A stretch of DNA of 64,000 nt from Acanthaster planci (taxonomy: Eukaryota), in NCBI RefSeq assembly GCF_001949145.1, contig NW_019091355.1:2896646-2960645 (forward strand), read 5' to 3'. Of this stretch, positions 63,775-64,000 are shown piece by piece (positions within the stretch are counted from its first letter, which is position 1; each line of letters opens with the position of its first letter). The notes under the pieces were generated by a model, which saw only the letters and a list, made by a program, of their open reading frames with translations, had not been told where the DNA came from and ran no database searches. A program made the translations under genes and the position numbers.

Positions 63775-63941
63775 ACTTTACCCAATACCCGCCACCTGCA
63801 GTGGAAGCAGAGAAGACAATATTAGAGGAACCACCATCGGGACCAGTGGAAACCAGTACAAAGGCAGATGGGAACAGCAACCTCGCAGAGGCACTTGAGA
63901 AGAGTCTACAAGAGAGGGAGGCAATAATCAAATTGCTACAG
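63775..63941 (+). CDS. Gene 2 coding exon 7 (gene continues beyond the window)
   Basis: CAG at 63772-63774, CAG|GTAATG at 63942, phase 1-0. (D)FTQYPPPAVEAEKTILEE...NLAEALEKSLQEREAIIKLLQ. Intervening exons between 56.7 and 63.8 kb are not excluded. Confidence 0.82.
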
Positions 63942-64000
63942 GTAATGGCCGATCTGGCCTTAATTCCAGTCTGTGTATTATTTTCCCCCTGACATGTACA

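Noticed and set aside
44272..63941. Assigning a gene name to gene 2
   Set aside because: No diagnostic domain is visible in the window, so any symbol would be a guess.

Overview
This is eukaryotic (animal) genomic DNA with GT-AG introns and three N gaps. An invertebrate deuterostome such as an echinoderm is plausible, but that is inference from sequence style only. (1) 98-8188 (+): the last nine coding exons of a COPII outer-coat SEC31 gene, spliced by hand with consistent phases to the stop at 8186-8188. (2) About 11.4-12.0 kb: a CpG-rich promoter-like region ending in a strong splice donor (11952/11953), followed by about 30 kb of intron-like, MITE-rich DNA. (3) 41570-41759: a coding-like exon for a 50-aa single-pass membrane microprotein. 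(4) 44272 to beyond 63941 (+): seven phase-consistent exons of a large, mostly low-complexity/coiled-coil protein that I cannot name, with a 17-aa F-x-K-K-x-x-x-W-[DE]-K motif repeated once per exon in three consecutive exons. Many non-autonomous DNA-transposon-like elements with visible TIRs/TSDs are present. The most notable observation is that aligning two copies of one MITE shows TA converted to TACATGTA. This matches a Tc1/mariner-type excision footprint and may explain why TACATGTA is so abundant across the window.
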